From assembly GCF_009914755.1 (NCBI RefSeq), contig NC_060928.1: a stretch of DNA of 64,000 nt. The stretch is one strand, 5' to 3'. The DNA comes from the human T2T-CHM13v2.0 reference genome, Homo sapiens. Position 1 is the stretch's first letter; the number at the start of each line of letters is the position of its first letter. Below are positions 44,601 through 57,962 of the stretch, piece after piece. The notes under the pieces are model-generated. The model did no database searches and was not told where the DNA came from. It was given only the letters and a program-made list of their open reading frames with translations. Position numbers and translations under genes: made by a program.

Positions 44601-45992
44601 CCTCAACACAATCAGGTTTGGTAAGTAGGTTCTAAATATTATCTCCCTTTTACAGATGAGGACTTAGAAGATTTATTAATGACTTATCTGAGGCCAGTCA
44701 ACCAGTCTTAAGCTTAGACTGCATCCTAGGTGTTTCTTTTTGGGCTCAGTGAGATAACACAGTCTCTTTTTCCTAGATTTGTGGAGGCCAATATCTTTGG
44801 ATTGCGATAAACATAATCTCAAAGCCTCGAGTTTACTTCTGAGAAGGTGGAATATGTTGTTCTTTGTCATTTCTGCTCTGAGTTCTCTATAAAACCTTGG
44901 TGATGGAGCATGGGAAGACCCAGGACACATTAGGAGGCTTAAGTTCACCAATGCTGATTCCTAGTTGTGTTGTTACATTGGAAAGAATACCTTGAAAACA
45001 AGTTGGCTTCTGGAGCAAGCTTTGCACTCTACTCAGTTTTCCCTCATAGACAGTAGATTTGGTAATGAGTACCCCCACAACCTCTCTGTTTTCTTTATAG
45101 ATATGTGGTTAAAAATGGTTTTTAAGAATGATTATTGTGAGATCAGTTATCCACATCTCCCCCAGGAAGCCAGGTGCTTTGGGGAGTCCTGATTTGCATT
45201 TTTGTTAACCTGACATAATTACTGACAGCATTCTCTGTTGCTCTCTAAAGTATCTTGTTTGGACAACAAATTAGTCACCTTAATTTGTGGGGAAGTTAAC
45301 TCTATTCTTCACTGTAGGGTCGGGGCATGTGATATAATTCAAACTTCAAGCCTTAGCTAGTAGTGAAATCTCAAATTTGGTCAAACATGTTGATTCAGGG
45401 ATCAGCCTGGGAGTGAATGTGGACCAACAAAACAAAAAACAAACGTTTGCTGGGGGTTCACAAGAAAATAGTTTCCTTGCTTTTCTTCAATAGCTTTGGA
45501 TTAACCCTTTGTAGAATGGACCAAAAAAAAAAGAGCACATAGTGCTGGGAATTGCTGCCAACTATTTTGTATCTAAAAGTGGGATCCAAACGGAAGATGA
45601 AGCTGACACAGTGGCAGGCAGCATTTGTCAAGGTAAGCTAGGTTATGCCAAAGTAACAGCTCCAAAATCCCTGTTGCTCAGCCAAACTGAGTTTATTTCT
45701 CACACTAGCTCTCCAGCAAGTGTTGCCAGAGGCCTTTCCACATAGCCTTTTGGGGACTTGGGCTGACTGAGGCTCCACCATCTTACCATGCCACCGTCAT
45801 CGTTTTCTGGCTGCACTGAGGCAGAGGAAGGGAGTGTTGCTGTAGAGCTTTGGGCCCAAAGTAACACAGAAAGTAACACTTTGCTATTGCCTAAGAAAGT
45901 GTTGTCTGGTGGAAATTTAACGCAAGCCAGGTATGTAATAATTTTGACTATATTATTATATTTATTGTTGATTGTTGTTGCTAGTATCAAAA

Positions 45993-46286
45993 ATTTTTTT
46001 GGGGGGGATAGGGTATTGCTCTGTTACCTAGGCTGGAATGCGGTGGTGCAATCATAGCACACCGCAGCTTCCAATTCCTGGGCTCAGGCCATCCTCCCAC
46101 CTCAGCCTCCTGAGTAGCTGGGACTATAGGAATGGACTGCCATACCTGGCTAATTTCCTAATTTTTTTGTAGAGACAGGGTGTCACTATGTTGCCCAGGC
46201 TGGTCTCAAACTTCTGGGTTCAAGTGATCCTCCAAGTTCACTCCCAAAGTGCTGGGATTACAGGCATGAGCCACTGTGCCTGACTG
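45993..46286 (-). mobile_element. AluJ
   Basis: gcaatcatagc...cctgggctcagg...tttgtagagacagggt..cactatgttgcccagg. Confidence 0.9.
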
Positions 46287-46324
46287 TTATTACTAAATTT
46301 GAAGGTGGTTCTTGTTTGCTAAGA

Positions 46325-47065
46325 TTTATTTATTTATTTATTTTTTAATGTCTAAGTTAGAGCATAATTTGCCAATAGTAAAATTTATCCTTTTTGTAGG
46401 CTTGTGAGTTTTGACAAACACGTTCAGTCATGTGACTACCATTACAATCAAGATTTAGAACAGTTCCATCACCCCTCAAAGTCACCTTGTGCACTACACT
46501 TTGTAGTTAACCAGGTACACCCACTCTCACTATCTGGCAACTGCTGATCTGTTTTCTGACTGTATGGTTTTGCCTTTCAAGAAGGTCACATAAATGGAAT
46601 CATAAAATATGTCATTTTTTGTCTGGCTTCTTTCATTTAGCATCATGCATTTGAGATTCATCCATGCTATGATGTGTATCAATAGTTTGTTCCTTTTTTA
46701 TTGCTAAATAATATTCTACTTACGGATGTACTGCAGTTTGTTTGTTCATTTCCTGGTTGAGGGACATTTGGGTATTTTTCCAGTTTTTGATGACCAATAA
46801 AGCCAGTATAAACAGTCATGTATAGGTTTCTGTGTAAACATAGGCTTTCATTTCTCTTGAGTAACTATTTAAGAGTGGAATAGCTAAACCATATGATAAG
46901 TTCATGTTTAACTTTATAAGAAACTGCCAAATAGTTTTCCAAAGTGACTGTATAATTTTGTATTAATACCAGAAATATATGAGGGTTCCAGGTGCTCCAC
47001 ACCCTTGCCAGTGCTTGATATTATCAGTATTTTTTTTTTGAACCATTCTCCTAGGTGTGTATGGA
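46325..47065 (-). mobile_element. Old L1 3' end (L1MB-like)
   Basis: gagttttgacaaacac...acaatcaagat..agaacagttccatcaccc...aactttataagaaactgccaaa. Confidence 0.8.
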
Positions 47066-47079
47066 CATATATTAACCAG

Positions 47080-47337
47080 TTTTCTGGTAGCCATTTTTAT
47101 TTTAAAAAGTAAAAATAAACAAGTGAAATTAGTTTTAATAATATATTTTACTTAGCATAATACATGCAAAATATTTTCAACATGTAATTAATATAAAAAA
47201 TTAATGAGATATTTTATGTTCTTTTTTGTATGTCAAGTTTTTGAAATCTGGTGTGTATTTTATTTACACTTGCAGCATATCTCAATTTGCACTAACCACC
47301 TTTCAGGAGTTCAGTAGCCACATGTGGACAGTGCAGG
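47080..47337 (+). mobile_element. MER33 (hAT-Charlie), 5'-truncated
   Basis: ttttctggtagcca...aaaagtaaaaataaacaagtgaaattagttttaataatatatttt...gtagccacatgtggacagtgcag. Confidence 0.8.
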
Positions 47338-47802
47338 TCTAGATTTAACCACGTGGTCCCACCAAATTGTGAGTAGGCTAGCAGAATGTAATAGCCTATG
47401 TATTCCAGAAATGTTGGTGAGCACTAGTAATGTCTGTCACAAAGGCAGAGTGGGAAGAAAGAAGGAATTCATGTCCTTTATGATTATTATTAAATTATGA
47501 AATTGAACCCAATCTGAACGTTTTCTAAGATAAGCCTTAGTTTCTAGTTATGACAGACAGTAATGCCACATGTAGTCCTTTTGAATTGGCTTCTTCTGTT
47601 ATTTGAAAATCGCTCTAATATAATTTTTCATTGCACAAGTAAGTATGTGCTCAATGTAGAAAAATGAAAAAAATCCAGATAAGCTAAAAAGAGAAATTAA
47701 AAGTCACCTGGAATCTTAAAGATAATATTTTGGTGTATATCATTCGAGATATGTGTATGTAAGTGTGTGAAAGTACAAGTGTATAAGTGAAAACAAGGGA
47801 AC

Positions 47803-48186
47803 TGCTATGGACTGAATTGTGTCTCCTCAAATTCATGTGTTGAAGCCCTGACCCTCAATATGACTGAATTTGAAGACAGAGCTTCTAAAAGATAACTAAG
47901 TTTAAATTAGGTTATAACAGCGGAGCCCTACTTCAGTAAGACTCTAGCCTTACAAAAGGAGAGAGATTTCCCTCTCTCTTTCCCTCCATATCCTCTTTGC
48001 CATGTGGAGACCCAGTAAGAAGGCAGCTGTCTACAAGCTAGGAAGAAAGCCCTCACCAGAAACTGAATTGGCCAGCACCTTGATCTTGGACTTCCCAGCC
48101 TCCAGAATGATGAGAAATAAATTTCTGTTTTTTAAGCCATTCAGTCGATGGTATTTTGTTATGGTAGTTGGAGCTGACTAGTAACA
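47803..48186 (+). mobile_element. MLT1A-like solo LTR with 5-bp TSD
   Basis: tgctatggactgaattgtgtc...gagctgactagtaaca; GGAAC on both flanks. Confidence 0.88.
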
Positions 48187-50602
48187 GGAACGTTCTCTAT
48201 ATTATTATTTTTGTCACCTATTTTTTTCAGTCAACAACAGTTTAGAAACATCTTTCCATGCCAATAAATAGATTTCTAAGGTATCATTTAAAATTACTGT
48301 ATGTAATATTCAATTTTATGGAGGTTTTGCAATTTACTCAACACATTCTATTATAGGTTGTCCAGAATAATTTATTGTATAAATTGAGGCAGGAGCAGAG
48401 GTGGTGTCTATTTTGGAATACCTTCTTATTTGAAGCAAAAGCAGAGTATTTGGAAATTCTGCCGTTTTTTCACCTCTCATATTTACTTCTGGGCTCCTCT
48501 CAGTTCTTTCAGTTGAATAGATAGGAATATACAGCTCACATGGTATCTGGGTGATTAGTAAAACAAAAAATTAGATTTCTATAAAGTTTTTGTTAATTTT
48601 TTTCTCATTGCCTTGATTGTCTTGTATTCATTACCAGTAATGATTAGGTAAGTAGGTTATTCAAGGTGTTCTAGGTGCAACCAGAAGGTAATTAGTGATA
48701 CAGAGAATAACAAATAAAGTTTTAAAAATCTGCAAGTAAGGATGTCATCGTAAAGTGCAAGATGAATCAGGTCCAGTCTTGTAGGACATTAATTTGAAAA
48801 CAAAAGCCATTGTAAAATGTACGGAGAGAAATTGATTAAATGTGCTGAGATTATCTATCTGCTTTTCCTTTATTGGCTGCTGTGACCATTTGGCATTTTC
48901 AGTGACCTCCAATGCTTGGCTTTCTGCTGTGTGGCTATGGTAGGCGCAGGGGTGATATTAAAAATATTTAACAACTGGTGAGGCAGTGGCACCAACCAAT
49001 CAGAAAAGACCCTAGCCTGAGACAACAGCTTTCACCAAACCAGGGTGAAAGGGCTGGGTAGCTGCCCTGAGTGGGAAAAATAAACAAACAAAGACATTTA
49101 AAAAACAGCAACAACAAAAATCCTTGTACCTTTTGTTTATTTTATTCCAGGAAAAAAGTTTTAGTTATAAAGCCTCCTTCTTGGTTTTAATCTTTCATGC
49201 ACTTCCAGTGACACTGCTGAGGAAATGACAATTTCCAACAAAAATAAACAGTAAATAGCTACTCCCTTTCAGTAAGGGATTATCCAAATTCAGAGAAAGG
49301 GATGAATATCCTGAATATGTGAAGAACACTTATAGTTCTACATAGAAACAAAAAACCCACTAAAAAAAGAACCCACTATAAACAGGCCATTCGCACACAC
49401 AATAAGTATATGAAAGGTGTTTCAGCTCACATCTGCTCATTAGAGCAGAGAAACGCAGATTTTAAAAATACCTCTATTTTACTTGGCTAACATCTGTTAA
49501 GTGGATAACCTGAGTCGGGTACTTTTGTCTTATTTAATGCAAACAAAATTCCTGTGAGGTGGGCACTATCATAATGTCCATTTTATAGACAGGGAATCCG
49601 AGGCTCAGAGGTTAAAATGCCTGAGGACACAGCTAATAAGTGGTGTTCAGAAAAGTGCTATTTTATCTTTTGCGATTTGCAGATTAAATGATACAGATCA
49701 AAATGATAAATGAGCATGCTTTGACCCAGCAATTTCACCTACAAAAGTTTTTATTCATGCTTTGACACAGCAGTTTCACCTACAAAAGTTTATTCCGGGG
49801 AAATAAATTGGGTAAGTACATAAAGGGCTTTTATAAGGACATTTAGTGTTGTATTGTTTACAATGGCAAAAAATTGGAAACAATCTAAACGTTCTTCAAA
49901 AGGGGATTGGCGAAATAGACATATCAATACAATGTTAACCAGAGCAGCTCTTAAAAATAATGACATAGATCAATATGATTTGGCTTGGAAACTTGTGGCT
50001 TGCCTATAGCACAGTATATTGTTCAGAGCGGGAGGCAAGTTATAAAATAGCATGTAAGTTATAATCCCATTTTTGTAAAAGGAATTATCTTTAAGCAGGG
50101 GAAAATCTCTGAATGTATATGCTGTGGTTATCCTTGCAGAGGGGCTAGATTATAACAGAGCCAATCAGTTTATATTTCTGTATTATTTGAATATTCTTTT
50201 TTGGAATAACTATTTGAAGCAGAAAAAAGGCAATAAATATTGTCGCATGCTGGAATGCACAAAGCAGAACAAATGCACTACGACTGCAAGAACACTCCCA
50301 GGGCAACTGAAAGAAGATCAGAGAAGGCACGTACAGGAGAAAGATGTGATAGAAGACTCAACACACAGAGTAGGGTTATGCAGAAGAAAGACAGTGAGAA
50401 GCAGAGGAAAGGGAGATGGGAGGGAGAAAGAGTAAAAAGAGCAAAGCAGATGAGCAGGAAAGCAGATGAGCAGGAAAGCAGAGCAAAGGCAGACTGTTGA
50501 ATCTGTAGAGGAGTTGTAATAAAGGTCAGCAGAGCCCTGGTGGCATCAGGGAAGGTGCAACTGGGGCCTTGGTAAGGACAGTTAAGATAGTTAACTGTAG
50601 GC

Positions 50603-50610
50603 AGATAGAT

Positions 50611-50654
<44 letters not shown>
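50603..50654. repeat. Tetranucleotide STR [AGAT]2[GAT][AGAT]10
   Basis: Read directly from the sequence. Confidence 0.97.
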
Positions 50655-50655
<1 letters not shown>

Positions 50656-52063
50656 CTAAGGACAGTTAAGCTAGATAAGAGCATGGGTGCTAGGGTAAAG
50701 CAGTACAGTTAGTGCTCACTAAATAGATATGTCTTCCCCTATGTGTCCTATCCTCCCTTGTAAGTAGATAGGGGTCACAATACTCATTCTTGTCATTGGA
50801 CTGTGACAGGAAGGGCTGAGGCCCTTAAAGTTTGCAATGCCTCTTTCATTACCCCATGCAGAAGCCATGGGTGTCATATGTTTCATGATGGCCTGACTAG
50901 AAGGAGTCACCAATTCCCAGGGGCCAAGATGTGATCAAGAAATAAACTCTTTTTGTGTTAAGATACTGTGATTTGGGAGTTTGCCTGTTATGAGAGCTAG
51001 AATTTCTTGCTCTGATATGCGTTGTCAGGTACTAGCTGTCTGACTTTGGATAGATTACTTAACTCTCTGAACATCTGTTATTTCACCTGTCAATGGAAAT
51101 AATAATAGCACCTATCTCACGTGGTTATTGGAGGATTACATGAGAAAGTGTACAGTGTTAGGCACAAAATATTCAATATGTGTTATCATTGTTATTATTA
51201 TCGTTTACAGCAGGAGTTGATAAATAAATTCCCCAAAATGGGCAGCAACAAGGACAGGGAGTTGTGAAGAGATGACAGCAGGGCTGATCCAAGGAGATAT
51301 TGTGGAACATATTAACAAAAGTTGTGGAATCTGGACTTGTAACTAAAGAGGACTGAAGATATAGACCCAAATATCTCTGGCTAGTGAATTGCCAACTTCC
51401 TATGAGGAAGCATGAAGCTGTCATTTGTGGAGGTTAACTTATAGAGATAAGCTAGTTATGATTAGGTGCATCTCCATAAACATGCTTACTAAATTTTCAT
51501 CATAATGAAATATGTTAGGTTTATATAATCTCTTTTTCCAACATTTCAGTTGAAGTGAACATAGGTGTTAGATATGCCTAATATTACAGAAATATTGGTT
51601 GACCCTTTGCTCTTCCAAGTGATCTTAGGGCAAGGACTCAGGCTGCCTTCTCCCTTGACTACTTAGGGCAGAGGGAGGACTATGTGAGTGGGCCAGCATG
51701 TGCCCCTGTGGTGGACTGGTGGTCAAGGGGGGATGTTATATATAAATCCAATAAATACAGCATATGATTAATTCAGGGTAACTTGGTAGTGCTATTCTCC
51801 CTTTATTTATTGCTTTTCCTTTTTGAAAAGTAGCATATTTGCAATTAGCAAGTATAACAGATATCTTATTGAGACCTGTGCCATAATTGTATGATTTTTG
51901 GAGTGCAGTGATTATTTATAGGCGTAATCAGGGTGGACCATGGCCTCCAACTTCCAAGCTCAAGTGATCCTCCCGCCTCAGCCTCTGGAGTAGCTGAGAC
52001 TACAGGTGCACCCCACTGCACCCAGCTTGATTTTTAAAATAAAATCAAATTGTTGATTTTTGA

Positions 52064-52518
<455 letters not shown>

Positions 52519-54825
52519 CTACTTTCTAAATAAAAAGGGAGGGGTCTTTTTTTGGGAGGAGGTTAAGGCCCGCAGCTCCCCTTGATATGGCCGCTGCTCT
52601 CAGGCACTTAATCCATTATTTCAACAAATGTTTAAAGAGCACCTACTATGTGCTTCAATTATACAAAGATGATACAACCTCTGTCCCTAGAATGACCACA
52701 GCCCAACAGAGAGACTGAGGGCGAAATGTGCAAACCCTGGGTCCTCCAAATACTTAAGATTCAGAGCCAGGTTGTCAGAGGTTCTCCTTTGTTCTGGCTG
52801 AATAGTAACACTGACAGGGACCTGCCAGTTTCAAGTTATTCCAGTTATTCGGAAAAGTGAATTGTTCCAAGTGGCGTCAGTGCACGTTAGAACGTGGGCC
52901 CGCGTCATGGTGTTCGTGAAGACTGGAAACAAGTGGGACCCCCGCCAGCACAGCTCATGCAACTGCTTCCCCTCCAACAGTTTCGCCCATCCCGACTCAA
53001 TTGAGGGACCCGAGACGTTTCTTCTCTGGGCCAATCAGAACCCAGTCAGCATCTCTCTGATGCAACTGTTCCCTTATAAAACGATTAAACGTGGACCAGC
53101 TATTTTTATTCGGTCCTATAAAAATAGCTGCCGTCAGTCAGTCCTGGCGGGGAATCAAGGCCTCTGCTCTTCAAGTGCGCGCCCCAGTCGGCCGTGTCCT
53201 GATGTTACTTTCCCAGCCATTGGCATCTGGGGGCGCAGCTGGACCCACAGCTCCCAGACCGCGTTGTGTTCCACTGACAGAGTCTCCTAGGGAAAGGGAA
53301 AGGTGCATTTGCTCTCAGGCTCCGCCTAGGACACACACACCAAGATCTTCCCGGGCTGCTGGTAAAAGCCAGGATGCAACAGCCTGAGGGTCCCAGAGCG
53401 AGGAAGAAGGATCAATCAGGTCCCCCGGACGCACTTAGTTCAGCAGGAGTGGCGGGCTGTGGGGGTGGGAGGTAGCCCCAGGGCCTTTGATGTGGGCACA
53501 CGCTCCCCCAGCCCGCCGAATCGGTTCCTCCCCTAACAAGGGATGTGGACACGGTTCATCTGCCTTCCGGTGTGCCTGAGCAAGAACTGTGCAACCTATC
53601 TCCACCCCCTCCGTCCCCGGTATGAGCACTTTTGATTCCTCCCCAGACAAAGCCAATCTGAACTCCAGCAGAATGAATAAAGGGATCAGGTTGCTCTCCC
53701 GGCCTCCCCTCACCTCCCTCCTCGCTTCTCCCTTTCCCCACGTGACTCTCTGGAATTTCGCCAAAGCTCCGAGTCTCTGGGTCCATTTTCACACCGAGCA
53801 AAGCAGAGAGGAAGGAGGCAAGGGAGACTAGAGGAAGGCTGAACGTGTGTCCTTTAAACACGGGGTCCAGACCCGGCGTATTTTGGGCGTTTCCAGGCTC
53901 TCTCGCCAGAGTGGCCTTGAGTTTGGGGGTCTTTTCCAGCCTCGCTAGCTTTTTCCTCCGTGCAATTAAAATTATGGCTCTTCTTCCACTCCCGTAATCA
54001 TTGCACCTCTACCCTGCAGACCTCCTCCGGGGTGTTCAGCGCGGAGGTGGGTGTTGGTGTGCAGCAAGCCGCGTCCCCGCAGCCCTCCTCACCCAGGCGA
54101 GGGGCGGGGACGAGAAAGTAGCAGCAGCGCCCCCCAGTCTTTCCTCTGAAGCTTCCGAACAGTCTGCTTCAGGGAGCGCAGCCTGAGGCGGTGTGGTGCG
54201 GTGCGGCTGCAGGGCGGGCGAGTCCCCGGAGCTGCCCTCAGCGCTGCACAGTTTCCAGCGAGCGGACCCCGGCAGATGAGGTCTGCCGAGCCGGGTGGCT
54301 CGACCAAGGAGTGGGTGTGGGTGGGTCTTTCGGGGCTCCCGGCGACCCGCGGTGCCGACGCAACGCCGACGTATGGTGCCAAGCGAACTTTAAAAAGCTG
54401 CTTCGGACAAACCAGAGCCAGGATTTCCACTGTCGGGGACCCGGGATCGGAAGGGTCTAGCCCGAGGGAAATGCTGGAAGATCCCATCGGCCAGTGACCA
54501 GCAACTTTCCGGCGAGATTTTGACGCGGAGAACTGTGCTCTGCCTCCTCTTATTCTCCCAAAGCTCACGTTGGCGTCCTGCCTTGCGGGGGAACTCGGCG
54601 CGCTCTCTGCCTGAGCAGCGAGTGAATTGAACCCCAGCCCGCTCCGGCGCCTCCGGGCTGATGAGTGTCGCTCTCCGCCCGTCCATCTCTTTTTCCCGGA
54701 GGTAAAGGCCCGCGGTCCCCCACCTTCAGTGCGCCCGGGTTCCAAGCGCCGGAGCCAGCGTTTTGGCGGAGCCGCTTCTTGGATGCTGAAGGCTGGGCTC
54801 CTCCATCGTGGGTGCCGAGGCGGCG

Positions 54826-54901
54826 ATGGGTGTCCTCAAAGTGTGGCTCGGGCTGGCCCTAGCGTTGGCGGAATTTGCAGTATTGCCTCATCATTCCGAA
54901 G
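54826..54901 (+). CDS. FRAS1: FRAS1 coding exon 1 (signal peptide of Fraser extracellular matrix complex subunit 1)
   Basis: Strong Kozak gcggcgATGG; translates MGVLKVWLGLALALAEFAVLPHHSE+G, matching the recalled FRAS1 N-terminus; donor AAG|GTGAGA at 54901/54902 (phase 1). Confidence 0.97.
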
Positions 54902-54916
54902 GTGAGAGAGCGGTGC

Positions 54917-54962
54917 CGCGTGTGTGTGTGTGTGTGCGTGTGCGTGTGTGTGTGTATGTGTG
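54917..54962. repeat. (GT)n-type alternating purine-pyrimidine tract just inside intron 1
   Basis: cgcgtgtgtg...gcgtgtgcgtgtg...tatgtgtg, 46 bp. Confidence 0.95.
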
Positions 54963-57578
54963 AGTGATCGTGCAGTTTAAAAATCTCAGCAGGTTTTATG
55001 GTATTTCGGTGAGGTGGAAGTTTTTCTGGGAAGGGTGAGGTGGAAGTGAAACTGGAATAGGCTTTTTCTGATAAGATTCCTACTCCTGATTGTTTTGTAT
55101 TCGGATTACACCCCCGAAACGGCCTCCCTCTCTGCCCTAAGTGCTTTTGGGTGGGTGGGTGGCCGATGGAGGTGACATCTCTGAAACTGATCCTTTTTCT
55201 TTCCACCACCTACCTTTCCCCGAAGGGAAAGCAACTGCATGGAGCACAGGTGAGGAGCGAACAATTGCTCTTACCTGTTTAAAAATACTTCTGTTCCTAA
55301 GAAACATACAGTCTTTCATCTTAAAGCCCCATCGCTCTCCCGCCCTCCTTACCTCAGTTAGTCTCCCCCTAAAGTCCAGTTAGGATTTTATAACTAACTG
55401 GTTGGAGCGTGTTCTGGTCGTGGGCAGTTCAGTTGCACTGAAAGAAATCTCTCCAGTACGGAGAAGCACGAACCAGCCTGCTTCCCAGAACAAAAGTGGT
55501 TAATAAGAGTTTAGGTTCATTCTTTTACTTCACCCTCCGCCTCCTGGTTTTCCTCCGAGGCTCCAAGCTACCTGTAAAACCCCGGAGCCGCAGGAGAGAA
55601 AAGGAAGCCGTGAGACTAGTTGTCGCCATGATATCAAATGCAATCCGGGCTCAGCCAAATAAATGAGTCAATAAGTAAATCAAGAGTTTGGGGTCATGGG
55701 ATGCCGGGCCTGGGGACGCGAGGCGCTGTGAGCTCCCTCCTGCTCCGAGGAGCCAGGGAAGTCGCCCCGCCAGTGCTTAGGGAGGGGGAAGGGAGCCGGC
55801 GGGCTGGGAGGAAGACGGCTTAATCCACAGCGCCTGGCTCTCGGCTTCCCCTCCCGGCTCCATTCATTATTCATCCAGCTGCGGGAAGAAGAGTTCACCT
55901 GCCCAGCCGCAAACCAGAGCCGCGGCTGGGCGGCGGCGGCGGGCGCAGGGCGGGCCGCCTTCTCCGCCCTGGTGCCTAGGAAGGGGCGCGGGGCGGCTCC
56001 CGGGAGTCGAGCTCTGGCGCAGGACTGGGGGCTGCGGGAGGCCCGGGGAGGACAAAGCTCTGCCTCGGGTCGACCTCCAGTCACTGGAGCAGCTGCCTTT
56101 TCTTTGCTGGCTTCCCAAGAGAAAGGCCTTGGGAATCCACGCACAAGGGTGGGGGACTTTCCCGTGGGTCCAGGTGCTGCCTTCTGCACTCTTCCGGGAT
56201 GTGTGTCAAGTGTGTATAATCTCCGCGAAAGGCACATCTGGGGCCTGTGCAGCCTTCTCCCAACAGTGCAAGTCCTGTAGAAATATAACTTTATTGTTTA
56301 TGTGCGTGTGGGCGCGTACTTTGGAAAAAAAAAAAAAAAGCTTGTAGGGCTTGATTATAACAATAAACCAGATGAGAGAGTCACCCCAGGCCACCCAAAC
56401 CTGAACTTGGTACTTAGAAAAATTAATTTCACTTGGTGGCAGTTTTTAAAATTTAGAGTCCTATCCCAGCAACGCAGGAAACGTGCTATCACTCCCGGAT
56501 AGCTCACCAGGGGGCAGTTGGAATGGTGCAGCTTGTCGGAACCAAAACTCTGAAATCAACAAAAGGCATTATTATTAAGAGCCTGCAGGGTGCGCTCTTT
56601 GGCAGATTGCTTGATCCAGTGGGCCAAGTTTAAGAAGTGCGGAATCTAGACTGGGAGGTGGGGATGGGGGGATGTGAAGCACAGAAAGCTGGGGGTAGAG
56701 ACGGGGGGCGGGGGCGGGGGCGGAGAGAGGGTGTGGATATTACTCCAAAGAGTCTTTGGAAACTTTGCTTCTTATTGTTTGACTTTACTGTCAGAGCATT
56801 CTATAGCTGTTTCACAAATTGGATTGATAAATTGATAGATGTCTGAGTTTCCACCCACGTCATAATGGTGCTTATCTAATAATGAATGAATGAATGAATG
56901 AACATGGCCATTTATTGAGCAGGTATTGTTTGCCTGGCTCTTTGCTAAGCACTTTACATACTTTATCTCATTTAATTAGTTTAATTAAGTGATATCACTC
57001 CCACAGACAAAAAAACATTTGTCATCTGATGAGACCTCTGGTTTGGTCCTCTCAAGGTTTTCTTTTTCTTTAAAAAATAAGAGCATTGAGATCAAGGTTG
57101 GAAACCTCAAGGATCTTAGAAATCTCCTCAAGTTTTTATTATCAGCCTAGAGAATAATTTTTAAAAATAGAAAAGAGACATTCACATGTATACTTCTTTT
57201 GATGGGATGTACCTTGTGACACCTTTGCTGACCAGCTTATGGCAGAATTTGTCGTTTTCTTCTCAGTGCACAGAGAGAACAATTGTGGTTGGTATGGGTT
57301 TGGTCTTCCTCACTTAGCTGTGTGCTTATTGAGGGGTTAGGATGGCTCCTATTAATTCTGATATCTTCAGTTCAGCTCCTAGTATACACTAAGTGCTCAA
57401 AAAATTGGTCAGATGAACAGTATTGCCAAATTATATTATTTTGAATTAAGCTTAACTGGTGGACTGGCCTCTGATTAGCTCACTAACCTTGAATGAACCA
57501 TCTAACCTCTTTGCGCTATAGTTCTGTCATTTACTAAATGAGGTACATTACGTGATAGCTCTAAGATACTTTGGCTAA

Positions 57579-57962
<384 letters not shown>

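Larger units (their letters stand above)
53860..56230 (+). promoter_or_regulatory. FRAS1: CpG island / FRAS1 promoter spanning exon 1 and proximal intron 1
   Basis: Sharp rise in GC and CpG density in non-repeat sequence; GC box GGGGCGGGG at 54101-54109; TTTAAAAA at ~54388. The TSS cannot be fixed from sequence alone. Confidence 0.9.

Noticed and set aside
54699-54707. Possible alternative donor GAG|GTAAAG fusing the uORF at 54661 to exon 2
   Set aside because: It would join in phase 2 while exon 2 needs phase 1, so no in-frame isoform results; no evidence of use.
54089-54745. 218-aa antisense ORF (and a 185-aa one at 55680-56237)
   Set aside because: Long stop-free frames are expected in a CpG island; no recognisable domain.
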